Shown here: positions 29,370 to 40,553 of the stretch, one piece after another
Layout of the letters: every line of letters starts with the position of its first letter
Position numbering within the stretch: position 1 is the stretch's first letter
NCBI GenBank assembly: GCA_963662465.1
Contig: OY759599.1
Location: forward strand, 384,001 to 448,000
Length of the DNA stretch: 64,000 bases
Direction: 5' to 3'
Source of the DNA: Desulfatiglandales bacterium
GTDB taxonomy: Bacteria > Desulfobacterota > DSM-4660 > Desulfatiglandales > Desulfatiglandaceae
Made by a program: the position numbers and the translations under genes
The notes under the pieces: generated by a model
The model's input: only the letters and a program-made list of their open reading frames with translations
Databases searched by the model: none
What the model was told of the DNA's origin: nothing

Positions 29370-29701
29370 TGGATATCCACCTCCGGAATTCAGTTTCTTT
29401 TTACACCCCCAACGGTCAGGCTCCTACGGGCTTCAATGTCAACATTCTCCATTCGCTACTCAGGCAGTTTTAAGCGTTATCAGGCACTGTGGGCATCCTC
29501 ATTTTCTTGAACACGATGAACAGGATTTCTTAGATGGACAGGATTAAGAGACGGCGTTCGGACAAATTCCTTCCCCACCTTACACCATTTTGTCCGCATT
29601 TTATAGGCCAATGGCAATCCTGTCCATCATTATAATTTTTAACAGCATGATCGTTTCAAAGAAAGGGCTTCCATTCGAAATAAAAATCCCTAATGATGTG
29701 A

Positions 29702-31707
29702 CGCATAAGTCTAAATGTTGTGGGGTTTACTCTAACATATTGAAATTATTTCATCTGTTAAACGGTTCCGAATCAATATCCTAATCAAAGCGCATTTCGT
29801 GAGGCCAAACATTTTTTCCTGAATTCGCCTTAGCGGAAAAAAGTTAGGGACTTTTTTTGATAAGTGTGCATAATCATAGTGCAACAGTCTATGTTAAATT
29901 AGAGAGGTTGCACATGATTAATAATATTAAGAGAGCTTTGACAATGTTGGACAAAGCTCAAAACAGACTTGCAAGACAATGTTATTACGATCCAAAACAG
30001 TATCCTGAGATTTTCTTTGAAATTGAGAAATGCATTAATGCCATCAGATCATGGATCAATGAAAGGGAGATGTTTCAATCATTGCAATATTTTTATGTAA
30101 CATTGTCTGCTCTTATTGATGAACTTGGTAGGTTAATAAGTCAATTATGGGATATTTGTAAGCCAATAAAAGGGAAAAAAAGCATTCCAAAAACACAACG
30201 GGATCGACAGAAAATTAGAATCTTTTATTCAATTCGTTCAATGATAAGTAATATTACTAAAAAATTGAATAATGTAAAAAGTCGTGATAGTACAATAAGT
30301 ATTGCATTTGAGATAGGGATGTTAAAATCTTTTGATAAATCCATAATCGAAAATGTAAAAAAGAAAATGGAAGACCTTGTTTCTAAACGAGGAAATCAAA
30401 CATATATCTTTCCTTATAATAACACCGAAAGCTATCATGCTCTCGTAAAAGATAGTAAGAAGTTTCGCATTGAAGTATTAGATAAACTCGATAAATATGA
30501 TCACCACACAGGCCATAATTCAACATGTTCTGGACCTAAAGAATATATTTTATCTGGTTTCCGCGGGAATCCTCGAAAAACAATAATGAATGGAGGAGAA
30601 CAACAGACATTCCCAATCCGCATGATACAATGCCGGAAGTGCAAACAAAAGTTCTCTCTTGTTCCCAGCTTTCTCCCAAGGGAAAAGAATTTTGGTATAG
30701 AGATTATTGGGCACGTATTTCGGAATATGTACCGTTTTAATGCGAGCATTCAAGGAGCCATCGAAAGCCTTAAAATTATTGGCAAAAAAAGTGTCAAAAG
30801 CAAACAAACCATCTTGAACTGGAATCGATGGGCAGGAACACTTCATCCTGCAACAATACTAACAAGAGCAGGAGTGAAAGGCTCAGGATATCTACAGGAA
30901 GATGAGGGCTTTGAAAAAGAACCAAATTTAAGAACTTATTCTGTAGTTATGGTCGATCCTGAAAATTTATTAGTATGGCACTCCGATTATGTTGATCATG
31001 TTGATGAAGAAAACCTGTGCGGTTCATTTGAGGATTTTTTGCAAAAAATCGACTTCAAAATCCTTGGTGTAACAAAAGATAAGTGGAAAGCCTCAACCAA
31101 TGCTATCAAGACCGTATTCCATAACATTTGGGTCGGATATTGCCATCGTCATTGTTTGAAAAACTTCTACGATGCACTATCAAAATATCAAAAAGAATCA
31201 AAATGTACCGACCAAGAAGTGGACAAGTTTTATAAAAAATTTAAGAAAGTTTTGAAAACATCCACATCTAAAGTTAACTTGGAAGTAAAGATTAAGGCAT
31301 TAGATGACGATGCATTTTCTCATCCATTACTAAAAAAGAGGGTAGTAGAATTAAAAGAAAATGCCACTCATTATACCTCTCATAAAAATAGAAATGGGAT
31401 AAAACAAACAACCTCCATTGTTGACAATTATTTAAAAGGAATCAAACGTAAACTAAAACAAATTGAGAGTTTTCGAGATAAGAAATGGGCAAGTCTTTTC
31501 TTTCGAGCACATGCGACTATCAGGAATTTTGTCCCATTTTTACCTGGCGCAAAAAATGCTCATAAAAGTCCCTTTGAATTAGCCAACGGCCAAACATTTG
31601 ACTTACCTTGGATTCAAGTTATGAATGTTCATAATGCATTCTTGTTTACCGAAAACGCCTTTTAATTTTGATGGGTTATACAACCCCACAACATTTAGAC
31701 TTATGCG
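29702..31707 (+). mobile_element. Intact AT-rich insertion sequence
   Basis: Perfect 26-bp TIR CGCATAAGTCTAAATGTTGTGGGGTT; 8-bp TSD TGATGTGA (29694-29701, 31708-31715). Confidence 0.92.
29914..31665 (+). CDS. DDE transposase (IS256/Mutator-like C(2)H motif; family uncertain)
   Basis: CRKC zinc knuckle, QEDE, TKDKW, YCHRH; sole ORF between TIRs. Confidence 0.8.
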   Translation: MINNIKRALTMLDKAQNRLARQCYYDPKQYPEIFFEIEKCINAIRSWINEREMFQSLQYFYVTLSALIDELGRLISQLWDICKPIKGKKSIPKTQRDRQKIRIFYSIRSMISNITKKLNNVKSRDSTISIAFEIGMLKSFDKSIIENVKKKMEDLVSKRGNQTYIFPYNNTESYHALVKDSKKFRIEVLDKLDKYDHHTGHNSTCSGPKEYILSGFRGNPRKTIMNGGEQQTFPIRMIQCRKCKQKFSLVPSFLPREKNFGIEIIGHVFRNMYRFNASIQGAIESLKIIGKKSVKSKQTILNWNRWAGTLHPATILTRAGVKGSGYLQEDEGFEKEPNLRTYSVVMVDPENLLVWHSDYVDHVDEENLCGSFEDFLQKIDFKILGVTKDKWKASTNAIKTVFHNIWVGYCHRHCLKNFYDALSKYQKESKCTDQEVDKFYKKFKKVLKTSTSKVNLEVKIKALDDDAFSHPLLKKRVVELKENATHYTSHKNRNGIKQTTSIVDNYLKGIKRKLKQIESFRDKKWASLFFRAHATIRNFVPFLPGAKNAHKSPFELANGQTFDLPWIQVMNVHNAFLFTENAF

Positions 31708-31817
31708 TGATGTGACGCTACAGGCAATGAGAGAGGCGAAGGAATTGGACGGCCATTTTGTCACTGTGGATGATTTCAGCAAATAGCCTGGCTATGAAGT
31801 TATTCAGAACCAAACCT

Positions 31818-32070
31818 CAATACCCGTGGATGAATGACGTTCATCCTTATGGCTGATCTGTATTTCACCATGAAGGGCATGAAGACCATGAAGAAGTTCA
31901 CTTTTGGAACTTAATAAGGAAAAGATAAAATCTGATTAAATGATGTTAATTTGAATATATTTATGAGTTTTGAAAATCCGGTTCACTTTTTTCACCCAGC
32001 CTCTTCATGCCCTTCATGTTCTTCATGGTAAACCAAACAATGCATGAATCAAATTCATTCACGGGTATTG
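31818..32070. mobile_element. 253-bp MITE
   Basis: TIR CAATACCCGTG(G/A)ATGAAT; flanks aaccaaacct/aacctaacct (9/10); internal inverted CATGAAG repeats. Confidence 0.7.
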
Positions 32071-32092
32071 AACCTAACCTCCCCTCCATAGT

Positions 32093-33763
32093 TTATCCAA
32101 AATACCGAATATGATATCTATACCCCTGTTCCACCAGAAAGAGCTGCCGGTTCAGCGCAAAGGTTTGTTCATCGGTTCCTTTGGACACCAGTGTATAAAA
32201 ACTGGAGAGCCGGTTATTGGGACGCAGGATGCGACCCAGGCGCTGGGCCTCTTCCTGGCGAGAACCGAATGACCCGGAAATCTGGATCATCACGTTGGCG
32301 TCGGGCAGGTCGATGGCGAAATTGGCAACCTTGGAAACCACCAGAATTCGGATGCGCTCTGCTTTAAATTCAGCGTACAGTTTTTCTCTTTGGTCGTGTT
32401 TGGTTTTCCCCGTAATCAACGGATAGCCCAATGTTTTTGAAATCTCTTCCAATTGTGAAATATATTGCCCGATGATCAATATGTTGTCATCGGGATGATT
32501 GGCGATCAAATCCCCGGCAAGTTCGATTTTCAAGGGATTTTCGGCCGCAATGCGGTATCGCTGTCGTTTGGGGGCGCCGGCATAGCGGATTTCTTCCTTT
32601 CGAGGGAGCGGTATCCGGTATTCGGTGCAAATGGCTTCGGCGATGAATCCACGGTTTTCGAGGGTTTTCCATGGCACATCGTAGCGTTTGGGGCCGATCA
32701 GCGCAAATACGTCATCTTCCTTGCCGTCCTCTCGGACCAGGGTTGCGGTCAGACCCAGCCGCCGTTTGGCTTGAATCGTGGTGGTGGCACGGAACACCGG
32801 CGCCGGGAGCATGTGTACCTCGTCGTAAATGATCAACCCCCAGTTGTTGTGGGTGAAGATTTCCAGGTTTTTCATGGGCTCCAATTTATTCCGGCGATGG
32901 GTCAGCATTTGATAGGTGGTAATGGTGACCGGCTTGATCATTTTTAACTGACCGGTGTATTCTCCAATGGATTCGGGCGTCAGGGTTGTTTTGGATAACA
33001 ACTCGTCTCGCCATTGATGCACGGAGACGTTGTTGGTGGCGATGATGAGGGTATGGCCTGAAATCCCGGCGGTGGTCCCGATGCCGATAATGGTTTTTCC
33101 GGATCCGCAGGGGAGTACAATGATACCGCTGCCCCCCGTGGAACGGCCTCCCTGATAGAATGTATCGACGGCATCCCTCTGGTAGTCCCGCAACGCAAAT
33201 GCGTTGCCGTCCGTGTCAACATTTCGCAGGGCAATATCCAGATGGGCGCCCTCGACATAACCGCAAACATCCTTTACCGGATAGCCTGCCTTGATCAGCG
33301 CTTGTTTCACATTGCCCCGGTCGCCGGCATCGATCAGCCATCCGTCTTCGGCGGGTGTCGCCCAGAAGTGTTCTAATTCGGTGTTTTGCCCGATTCGATT
33401 CAAAACGGTTTCATCGAGTACCCGCAGGCGGAGTTGCTTGTCCTCTGCCTTTTCGAGAATCAGCATGCCGTATAATCCATGCCACTCCCGCATATCGGCA
33501 AGCACATTGGCGGGGGGAGCATATCGAGAAAAGCGTATTATACCTGCCTTGATTTCCACAAATGAGGTGTTTAGCGCAGCAGCATTCCACATGGAGAGCG
33601 GCGTCACCCGATAGGTGTGAATAAATTCCGGGGATTTTACCAGTTCGGCAAATAAGGCCAGAAAGTCCCGACATTCGGCATATTGATGGTGCGCCGTTTC
33701 AAGCATGAAGGTACGATCGCTCTGGATAATCAGAGGTCCGGTTGCGGGAGTCGCATTTGTCAT
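32093..33763 (-). CDS. XPB/Ssl2-like DNA repair helicase
   Basis: PLIIQSD, ELVKSPE.IHTY, LPCGSGKT, DEVH, GLTAT, GSRQEEAQRLGRILRP. Confidence 0.93.
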   Translation of the reverse strand: MTNATPATGPLIIQSDRTFMLETAHHQYAECRDFLALFAELVKSPEFIHTYRVTPLSMWNAAALNTSFVEIKAGIIRFSRYAPPANVLADMREWHGLYGMLILEKAEDKQLRLRVLDETVLNRIGQNTELEHFWATPAEDGWLIDAGDRGNVKQALIKAGYPVKDVCGYVEGAHLDIALRNVDTDGNAFALRDYQRDAVDTFYQGGRSTGGSGIIVLPCGSGKTIIGIGTTAGISGHTLIIATNNVSVHQWRDELLSKTTLTPESIGEYTGQLKMIKPVTITTYQMLTHRRNKLEPMKNLEIFTHNNWGLIIYDEVHMLPAPVFRATTTIQAKRRLGLTATLVREDGKEDDVFALIGPKRYDVPWKTLENRGFIAEAICTEYRIPLPRKEEIRYAGAPKRQRYRIAAENPLKIELAGDLIANHPDDNILIIGQYISQLEEISKTLGYPLITGKTKHDQREKLYAEFKAERIRILVVSKVANFAIDLPDANVMIQISGSFGSRQEEAQRLGRILRPNNRLSSFYTLVSKGTDEQTFALNRQLFLVEQGYRYHIRYFG

Positions 33764-35469
33764 GACATCGACCCCACGATCTTGATTTGATACCTTTTTT
33801 TCAATTGATTCATGACCCCATTCAATTGCTTTTTTTGTTCGGCGGCGTAGGTGATGGATCGTTTGGTTTTATTGATTTCAACGGTGCATTTTTCTCTAAT
33901 CAGTGCCTTTACAAAGGCATCCAGAAACTGATCGGTTTCGAAAAACAGGGTGACAAAGGATTTTTGGGTGATGGTCATCAGCGCTTTGGTTTCGGTTTTC
34001 TTCCCTTTCTCCATTTTCCGGGTGAAAACCGATTTCACGCCATCCGGAGGGGCCGTAAAAGCATTGGATCCATGCGTTATCAGCACGGGAACCCGTCGGT
34101 CTTTTTCGAGCCTGGAAAAGAGCGTATCCGGTGATCGGACCAGTCGAAGGCCCGGCGACAGGGCTTCCAATTCAAAGTCTTTTAGGAGCGGTGGTAAATC
34201 ATTTCCTTCGTGCAATCCGCAGCCCCGGTATAAAATGAAGGTTTCCGAATGGCCGGCCCACTCATTCAGTTCCGCGGCAATGTTCGGAGGAAGGGGATTG
34301 TGGGTCAACTCCTGGAGATATCTTTTCAAATCCAGAGATTTGCCATCAGCCATATATTCAACCGCTTTCATTCGGTTTAATTTCAATATGCAAATTCTGT
34401 CGGAAGTCACAAGATCTGAAAAGAGCGTGAGTCTGTTCAGCATGGATGCCGGATAAAATTCGGATTCCAGATGGATTTCATGGTTGGGGTGAACCGTGAC
34501 ACGCGGTTCAGAAATCTCTCCGTTCATGAGTCGCGGAAAACATTCATTGATTTTGAATGCCTTCTGTTTTCCCATGGAAGGACTTTTTCCAGGGTTGATG
34601 GGCATGCCGTATGCCAGGTCCACATACCCCAGGGTTAAGGGGATATTTTCCAGGAACCGTTCCACAAAGCGGCCCTCCACCCTTTCGAAGGCATCTGGGT
34701 CCTTTTCAGATATTTTTTCATTCTTGTTCATTTGCTTGTCATGTTCTGAAAAATTGCAGTAGCGGCCCTGTTCTTTTTGCCATTTGTACTGGTAGGTGGG
34801 TTCTTTGGGAATCAAAAAAAACGGGTGCGCTGCTTTAAGATATCGAACCAGGGATGCGGTTTCATACCAGACGCCCGGCTTACAGGTTTTCAAACAACGG
34901 AACAGAAATTTTCTTACGTTGTCGAATTTGATGCCGGGCATGACGCCCCCGGCGCATCCCATGCTTGAAAATGTGTCGAGCCTGCCGAAAAATGATCTGC
35001 TGAAAAATTCGTTGTAACCCGCTGCAAATTCCCCAATCAGGGTATCGAATATGAATTGCTCCTGCTTCTGTAACGGCAATGCGAGAAACCGTTGATAGGC
35101 TTGATCATTGAAGTCAATATAATTATCAGGAAAGGCAGGCGATGCACTCGAATATCCCAGGTATTCTCCTTTCGTGTCATAGTTTGTAAAGCCGAGGGCC
35201 AGGGCCAACTCATCGATAAAATTCACCCAGGTGGATTCACCGTCTTCGTTGATTTCAGCCACGGCATCGGGATTAGCAAGCAAATTGGCGATACGCTTGG
35301 CATCCGCTTTGGGTATTTTGTTTTCACGTACGGATCGTTTGATCAGTCGATTTTGGATATGATCCACATAGAGGTGCAAATCCTTGCGAAGGTTAACCTT
35401 GACGGAACATTTTTCATAAGGGTCGACATTAATTATTTTTAATGCTGGTGATGCTGTTTTTTTATGCAT
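33760..35469 (-). CDS. Helicase-associated (XPB-binding-like) protein
   Basis: Coupled to XPB; VTVHPNHEI...LPPNIAAELNEW resembles Helicase_C_3. Confidence 0.65.
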   Translation of the reverse strand: MHKKTASPALKIINVDPYEKCSVKVNLRKDLHLYVDHIQNRLIKRSVRENKIPKADAKRIANLLANPDAVAEINEDGESTWVNFIDELALALGFTNYDTKGEYLGYSSASPAFPDNYIDFNDQAYQRFLALPLQKQEQFIFDTLIGEFAAGYNEFFSRSFFGRLDTFSSMGCAGGVMPGIKFDNVRKFLFRCLKTCKPGVWYETASLVRYLKAAHPFFLIPKEPTYQYKWQKEQGRYCNFSEHDKQMNKNEKISEKDPDAFERVEGRFVERFLENIPLTLGYVDLAYGMPINPGKSPSMGKQKAFKINECFPRLMNGEISEPRVTVHPNHEIHLESEFYPASMLNRLTLFSDLVTSDRICILKLNRMKAVEYMADGKSLDLKRYLQELTHNPLPPNIAAELNEWAGHSETFILYRGCGLHEGNDLPPLLKDFELEALSPGLRLVRSPDTLFSRLEKDRRVPVLITHGSNAFTAPPDGVKSVFTRKMEKGKKTETKALMTITQKSFVTLFFETDQFLDAFVKALIREKCTVEINKTKRSITYAAEQKKQLNGVMNQLKKRYQIKIVGSMS

Positions 35470-35497
35470 AATGGTTTATGTCTTTCAGGAAGGTGGA

Positions 35498-36874
35498 TCA
35501 AAGGGTTTTTATCGCAAATCCGTTTCGGGTTACGAGGGTTTCAACTTGACTCAATAATGCTTCGGGAAAAGCAATAAAATCACCCGGTAAAAAGAGGATC
35601 GTTTCATCCTTAAGAAACTTTTCCAGGGTTACTTTCAACCCGATGTTTTTCACTTTTGCAATCATCAGATTCCCATGAACCAGATGTTTTCCCCAGCGTG
35701 CTGAAACGGTTTGAAACGCCTTTCTAAAAGCTTCGGCTGTTTCAGCCAGCCATGTGGTCAGGGGAATTTCCCGGATTTCATGGAGAATCTGACCCATCCG
35801 GATGATGTCAGGCGATGCCGTCAAACACCCGTCGTGCAATTGGAACAGGGCGATTCGGGATACTATCTCCAGGTGCTTCAACGGGATGGTTTCGAGATCC
35901 ACCCTGATGCGGCCCGCGTCATCCACATGCAGATAATCCCCGTAACGCGGATCATCCCCTATTTCCAGAAATGCCCGGGCAGGCCGATACCATGTTTTGC
36001 CGTTGGCTTTTTGGCGAACCAAACAGGCTTTTTCCCAGCCGCGGTGGAAAACCTCATGAATATCCAGATTGCTCCCCTTGCCGCAGAAAATCTCAAATAT
36101 CGGTTTCAATTCAACCGGTTCGATCCATTGATCCGGACCAAGCAGGGAAAAGGCATAATTCAGCGTGGCCATGGGGGAGAGATAATGATGCAAATGATCG
36201 GCATACTCGAGATTTGGTACGGTGCATGCGGCCCATTCCCGTTGTTGCCATAAGCGAAAGGCATCAGTTTTGAACTCGCTTTCTCCCATCAGCAATACGC
36301 CTGCTTTCAAATCCCACTCAAATGGATTTTTCTTGCTCGCGGCAACAGGATCGAGAAGTTGATGAAGTTTTGCTCGGACAAAAGGGTCATTGAATTTACC
36401 CTGACCCGGCAACACGGTCAGTGATTCAAAAGGGGAAGGGAGATGGGCGTGCAGTTCTTCCGGAAATCCGAATATAAGCTGTTCCAATTTGGTTTTCTTG
36501 TGCGATAGGGACGGGTCGGTGGAAAACACCAGAACCCCGTTGCGAATCAGGCGTGTTTTGATGTGTTTAAAAACATGCCCATATCGTTGATTAAAGGTGT
36601 TGCTCCAACTGGATTTCTCTTCCGTCAGTCGTGCGAATACGGTAATATTCACGGGCTTTTTGATGCATTTTAGGAAATGGAGCAGGATGATTTCCTTACG
36701 GGTCAACCGGTTGAAAGCCGATGTTAAACCGACGGGGGAGATGAGAAGGTTTTCAAGAAGTCCGGGGGACACCGCATCGGCAAGCGAAAATCCTCGTGCC
36801 TTGCATATGGCCTTGGTATCGGCGGCGGCTAATTCCATTTTGCACATTCGTGCTGCGATTTCGGCTGTTTCCAT
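35498..36874 (-). CDS. Hypothetical protein of XPB operon
   Basis: 458-aa ORF, co-oriented, 28-bp gap. Confidence 0.7.
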   Translation of the reverse strand: METAEIAARMCKMELAAADTKAICKARGFSLADAVSPGLLENLLISPVGLTSAFNRLTRKEIILLHFLKCIKKPVNITVFARLTEEKSSWSNTFNQRYGHVFKHIKTRLIRNGVLVFSTDPSLSHKKTKLEQLIFGFPEELHAHLPSPFESLTVLPGQGKFNDPFVRAKLHQLLDPVAASKKNPFEWDLKAGVLLMGESEFKTDAFRLWQQREWAACTVPNLEYADHLHHYLSPMATLNYAFSLLGPDQWIEPVELKPIFEIFCGKGSNLDIHEVFHRGWEKACLVRQKANGKTWYRPARAFLEIGDDPRYGDYLHVDDAGRIRVDLETIPLKHLEIVSRIALFQLHDGCLTASPDIIRMGQILHEIREIPLTTWLAETAEAFRKAFQTVSARWGKHLVHGNLMIAKVKNIGLKVTLEKFLKDETILFLPGDFIAFPEALLSQVETLVTRNGFAIKTL

Positions 36875-37395
36875 ATTAATAAGGCATTTGTTCCAGTAGT
36901 GTTAAAGGGATTGTCGGAACCGGTTTTATTCTTCAATTTCTTGTCAAAATAGGGGGAGAATCAAAAACTTTGCGGCAACCGATAAAATTACCATAATCGC
37001 CATCCAGATGATGGCCGCAACGATGATTCCTTTGGCTTTTTTCTCCCCCATGGGGACCGCCTCTTGAAGCACAATGCTTTTTCCTTTCAACGCCTTTATG
37101 GTTTTGATATTTGAACGTGCCACCAGATGGTCCCCGACCGAAAGAGATATGACACAAATCCATTTGGGTGTCAACTTGCAAAAACTATTTGATATTCCAG
37201 TATATTGCACTTTTGAGGGCAAAACGGGGATTATTTGTGGAAATCCATTGCGAGAGGGCAAAGACGTTATGCCGAGGGCTGCTTAAAGACAACTTTGGTC
37301 TTTACCCTGCTCATACATTTTGTATATACTCAAAAAGTGTATATATTCAGATTACCGAAAACAAACAACTTAAAAGTCATTAAAATAAATTCATT

Positions 37396-38853
37396 ATGCA
37401 TTATTCTTCCTTTGCGCGGGTTCTGGGAACACTCCTGCTGGTGACCGGCGGTTCCATGCTGTTTCCCTGCCTTTGTTCTTTGTATTACCGAGAAGGAGAC
37501 CTGTTCGCTATTCTGATTTCCGCCTTTATTACAATGGGCATGGGATTTCCGTTGTGGTGGTTTTTCAGAAGAGACTATGATCTGGGGATCAAGGACGGAA
37601 TTGCGCTGGCGGTTTTTGGATGGATTCTGGTGTCCTCGCTTTCCGCGCTGCCGTTCATGATTCACGGGTCCATTCCTTCTTTTACGGACGCATTTTTTGA
37701 AATGATGTCCGGTTACACCACCACCGGCGCCACCATCTTGACGGATATCGAGCGGGTACCCCACGGTCTTTTATTCTGGCGAAGTGAGACCCATTTGCTG
37801 GGGGGAATGGGGTTTTTGACCCTGACGCTCATTTTTCTGCCCCATGGGGTAGGAGGACTCCGCATCTTTCGGGCGGAATCCTCCCCCGGTCAGATTATTA
37901 CCAAAGAACGGTTTAAGGCGCGAAATCGGGATACCATGATCTGGTTATGGGGGATCTATCTGGCGCTGAATCTGATGGAAATCATTTTGCTGTGCCTGGC
38001 CGGCATGGGCCTTTTTGACTCCCTTTGCACCGCTTTCGGCACTGTCTCCACATCCGGTTATTCTACCTGGAACTCGAGCATCGGGCATTACAACAACCCC
38101 TATTATGACTGGATCGTTATCATCTTCATGTTTTTGGGAGGGGTCACCTTCGTCCTGTTTTATCAGATATTGCACGGGGACTGGCGGGCGCTCAAAATCA
38201 ACACGGAGTTCCGGTGGTATATGGGTTTCATGGTGTTTTTCTGCGGGATGGTGTCGTGGATTCTCTGGAAGGAAAACACCTATCCCACCCTCATGGAGTC
38301 TATACGGTTTGGAACTTTTCAGGTCGCTTCTCTTTTGACCACCACGGGGTTCACCACGGCAGACTATGAACAGTGGCCCCAGGCCGCCCAGATGTTTCTC
38401 TTCGTGGTTTGTTTCATCGGCGCCTGCGCCGGGTCCACCACCAGCGGCATCAAAGTGGTCCATTACGTGGTCATTTGTAAATACATGTATGCGGCCATTC
38501 GAAAAATATTCCTGCAACCCATGTCGGTCATGAGTATCCGGTTGAACCAGCGGCCCGTGGATTCGTCCATTATCGACCTTTCCGTCTGTTATTTCATCGT
38601 CAATATCTTCATGGTGCTCGTGGGCGGGTGTGTGATGGTGCTGCTGGACCACATGGACTATCTGACCGGCATCAGTTCCGTCATCGCATCCCTGATGAAC
38701 ATCGGCCCGGGGTTCGGCGCCATCGGCGCATCGGAAAACTATGCCCATATTTCCGTTGCAGGCAAGTGGTTCCTGGCATGGAACATGATGGTGGGTCGGC
38801 TGGAAATGTTTTCGGCCCTGGTTATTTTCTATCCGTCATTCTGGAAAAAATAG
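37396..38853 (+). CDS. trkH: Trk potassium uptake membrane protein
   Basis: FEMMSGYTTTGAT, TTTGF, GSTTSGIK, NIGPG, GRLE. Confidence 0.95.
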   Translation: MHYSSFARVLGTLLLVTGGSMLFPCLCSLYYREGDLFAILISAFITMGMGFPLWWFFRRDYDLGIKDGIALAVFGWILVSSLSALPFMIHGSIPSFTDAFFEMMSGYTTTGATILTDIERVPHGLLFWRSETHLLGGMGFLTLTLIFLPHGVGGLRIFRAESSPGQIITKERFKARNRDTMIWLWGIYLALNLMEIILLCLAGMGLFDSLCTAFGTVSTSGYSTWNSSIGHYNNPYYDWIVIIFMFLGGVTFVLFYQILHGDWRALKINTEFRWYMGFMVFFCGMVSWILWKENTYPTLMESIRFGTFQVASLLTTTGFTTADYEQWPQAAQMFLFVVCFIGACAGSTTSGIKVVHYVVICKYMYAAIRKIFLQPMSVMSIRLNQRPVDSSIIDLSVCYFIVNIFMVLVGGCVMVLLDHMDYLTGISSVIASLMNIGPGFGAIGASENYAHISVAGKWFLAWNMMVGRLEMFSALVIFYPSFWKK

Positions 38854-38856
38854 AAC

Positions 38857-40263
38857 CTATTCCAGAAACAGTTGCTGAACATCTTTTAGATTGAGAGACA
38901 TGCAGATAACGATCGCCCTTTCGTTTTCCCGGATATGGGTGTCGCCCACCGCCGTTCGCCATCGTCCATCGCGAAAGACGCCGCCGATGAGAATTTTGCC
39001 ATAAAATGATGGGTCCAGCTTTGAAAGAGGGCGGCGCGTGATGGGAGAATTAGGCGCCGCCGCCAGTTCAACCACTTCGGCGTCAAATCCATGAAGGTGG
39101 ACTACGGAAATCAGTTCCCCTCTTCGGATGAATTTCAGGATTTCGTTTCCCGCCAGGATCTTTTTATTCAGCGCGATATCGCTGCCGCTGGTTGTGGCCA
39201 GCACCAGATATTCTTCCTTGGTACACAGAGAAATGGTTTTGGTTTGCGTTTCGCTCCCATTGCCGTTTCGGGTTTCCATCAGGCGTTTGGCCATCAGGCT
39301 GCTCAAAATATTGGTCTCATTTTCGCCGGTGGCCGTGATAAAGGTATCCATGTCGCTAAGTCCCGCGGACTGAAGCACTTCCAGTTCCGTACCGTCCCCG
39401 TGCAACACCTCCGTATTATTGAGCGTAAAAGAGAGTTCTTCGGCGCGTTCCTGATCCTTTTCAATAAGTTTGACCTGAACGGATTTTTCAAGCAGTTCCG
39501 CAACGCGGCTTCCTACCAGACCCCCGCCCAGGATCATCACCCGATGGCGGCGTTGTTCTTTGACGCCGGTCAAGGCCATCAAGCGGGGCAGATTTTCTTT
39601 TGCGGCCATGATGAAGACCTGGTCGTGAGGTAGAATTTCATGGTCTCCACCGGGTATGATGGTGGTGATGCCCCGGGCGACGGCTACCACGCGAAACGGA
39701 AATTCATGGTGAATTTGCGAAATTTCCTTCAATTTTTTAAACGCAAGAGGTGAACCATCGTGGATGCGGGTCGCCATCATCTGCATTTGCCCATCGGCGA
39801 TATCGATGATTTCGTTGCCCGCCGTCAGTTTAATGAGACGTACAATTTCCTGTGCCGCCAGTTCTTCCGGATGAATGATCATGTCGATTTTTAAATCATC
39901 GGCGGTCAGAACCGAGTGTCGGATGCCGAATTCCAGTGATCGAACCCGAGCAATTTTAAGGGGGATGCCGAAACGATCGGCAATCAGGGAAGACAACATA
40001 TTGATGGCGTCATTATCCGTAACCGCGATGAGCAGATCCATCGCCTGCGCTTCCGCTTCTTTCCAGCAGTCGATGCTCATGGCCGTCCCTTGAATCAACC
40101 GGGCATCCATATGCCCTTCGGCATAGGCCAGCAGTTTTCCACTGGGCTCGATGGCGGTTATGGCATGCCCCTCATGCACGAGCCGTTTTGCCAGATACAA
40201 CCCGACCCCCCCGAGTCCGAGAATCAGGATATTTTTAGAACGGTCTTTTTTCTTTTCAAACAT
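38857..40263 (-). CDS. trkA: Trk system NAD-binding subunit
   Basis: Two RCK domains (GLGGVG; GGGLVG), 468 aa. Confidence 0.95.
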   Translation of the reverse strand: MFEKKKDRSKNILILGLGGVGLYLAKRLVHEGHAITAIEPSGKLLAYAEGHMDARLIQGTAMSIDCWKEAEAQAMDLLIAVTDNDAINMLSSLIADRFGIPLKIARVRSLEFGIRHSVLTADDLKIDMIIHPEELAAQEIVRLIKLTAGNEIIDIADGQMQMMATRIHDGSPLAFKKLKEISQIHHEFPFRVVAVARGITTIIPGGDHEILPHDQVFIMAAKENLPRLMALTGVKEQRRHRVMILGGGLVGSRVAELLEKSVQVKLIEKDQERAEELSFTLNNTEVLHGDGTELEVLQSAGLSDMDTFITATGENETNILSSLMAKRLMETRNGNGSETQTKTISLCTKEEYLVLATTSGSDIALNKKILAGNEILKFIRRGELISVVHLHGFDAEVVELAAAPNSPITRRPLSKLDPSFYGKILIGGVFRDGRWRTAVGDTHIRENERAIVICMSLNLKDVQQLFLE

Positions 40264-40553
40264 GTGCTTCCATACACTCTTTAAAAAATTGCTTTTGGCA
40301 CCCGAAAATATATAAAGATATTCAGTCTTGTCAAGATGGATGGCAATGTTGTGTGGCGTTTCGTCTCGGCGCCTTTGTGGTTTTAGGCCGGCTTCAGGTC
40401 ATTCGAGTGTGTTTTGAGGTAAGTTTCAGTGACTTGAACCCCAATTTTTTCCGCATACTATTATTGACAATTCAAAGATGATCTGAGATTCTGTTTCCCT
40501 GCATCAGGTTTCAGGGCGGTTGCTCAATATACCCCCGCAAAAAAGGCGATGTC

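Larger units (their letters stand above)
29620..31786 (+). pseudogene. RelB/DinJ-like antitoxin remnant split by IS
   Basis: IIIFNSMIVSKKGLPFEIKIPNDV | TLQAMREAKELDGHFVTVDDFSK* rejoins when the IS is removed. Confidence 0.7.
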
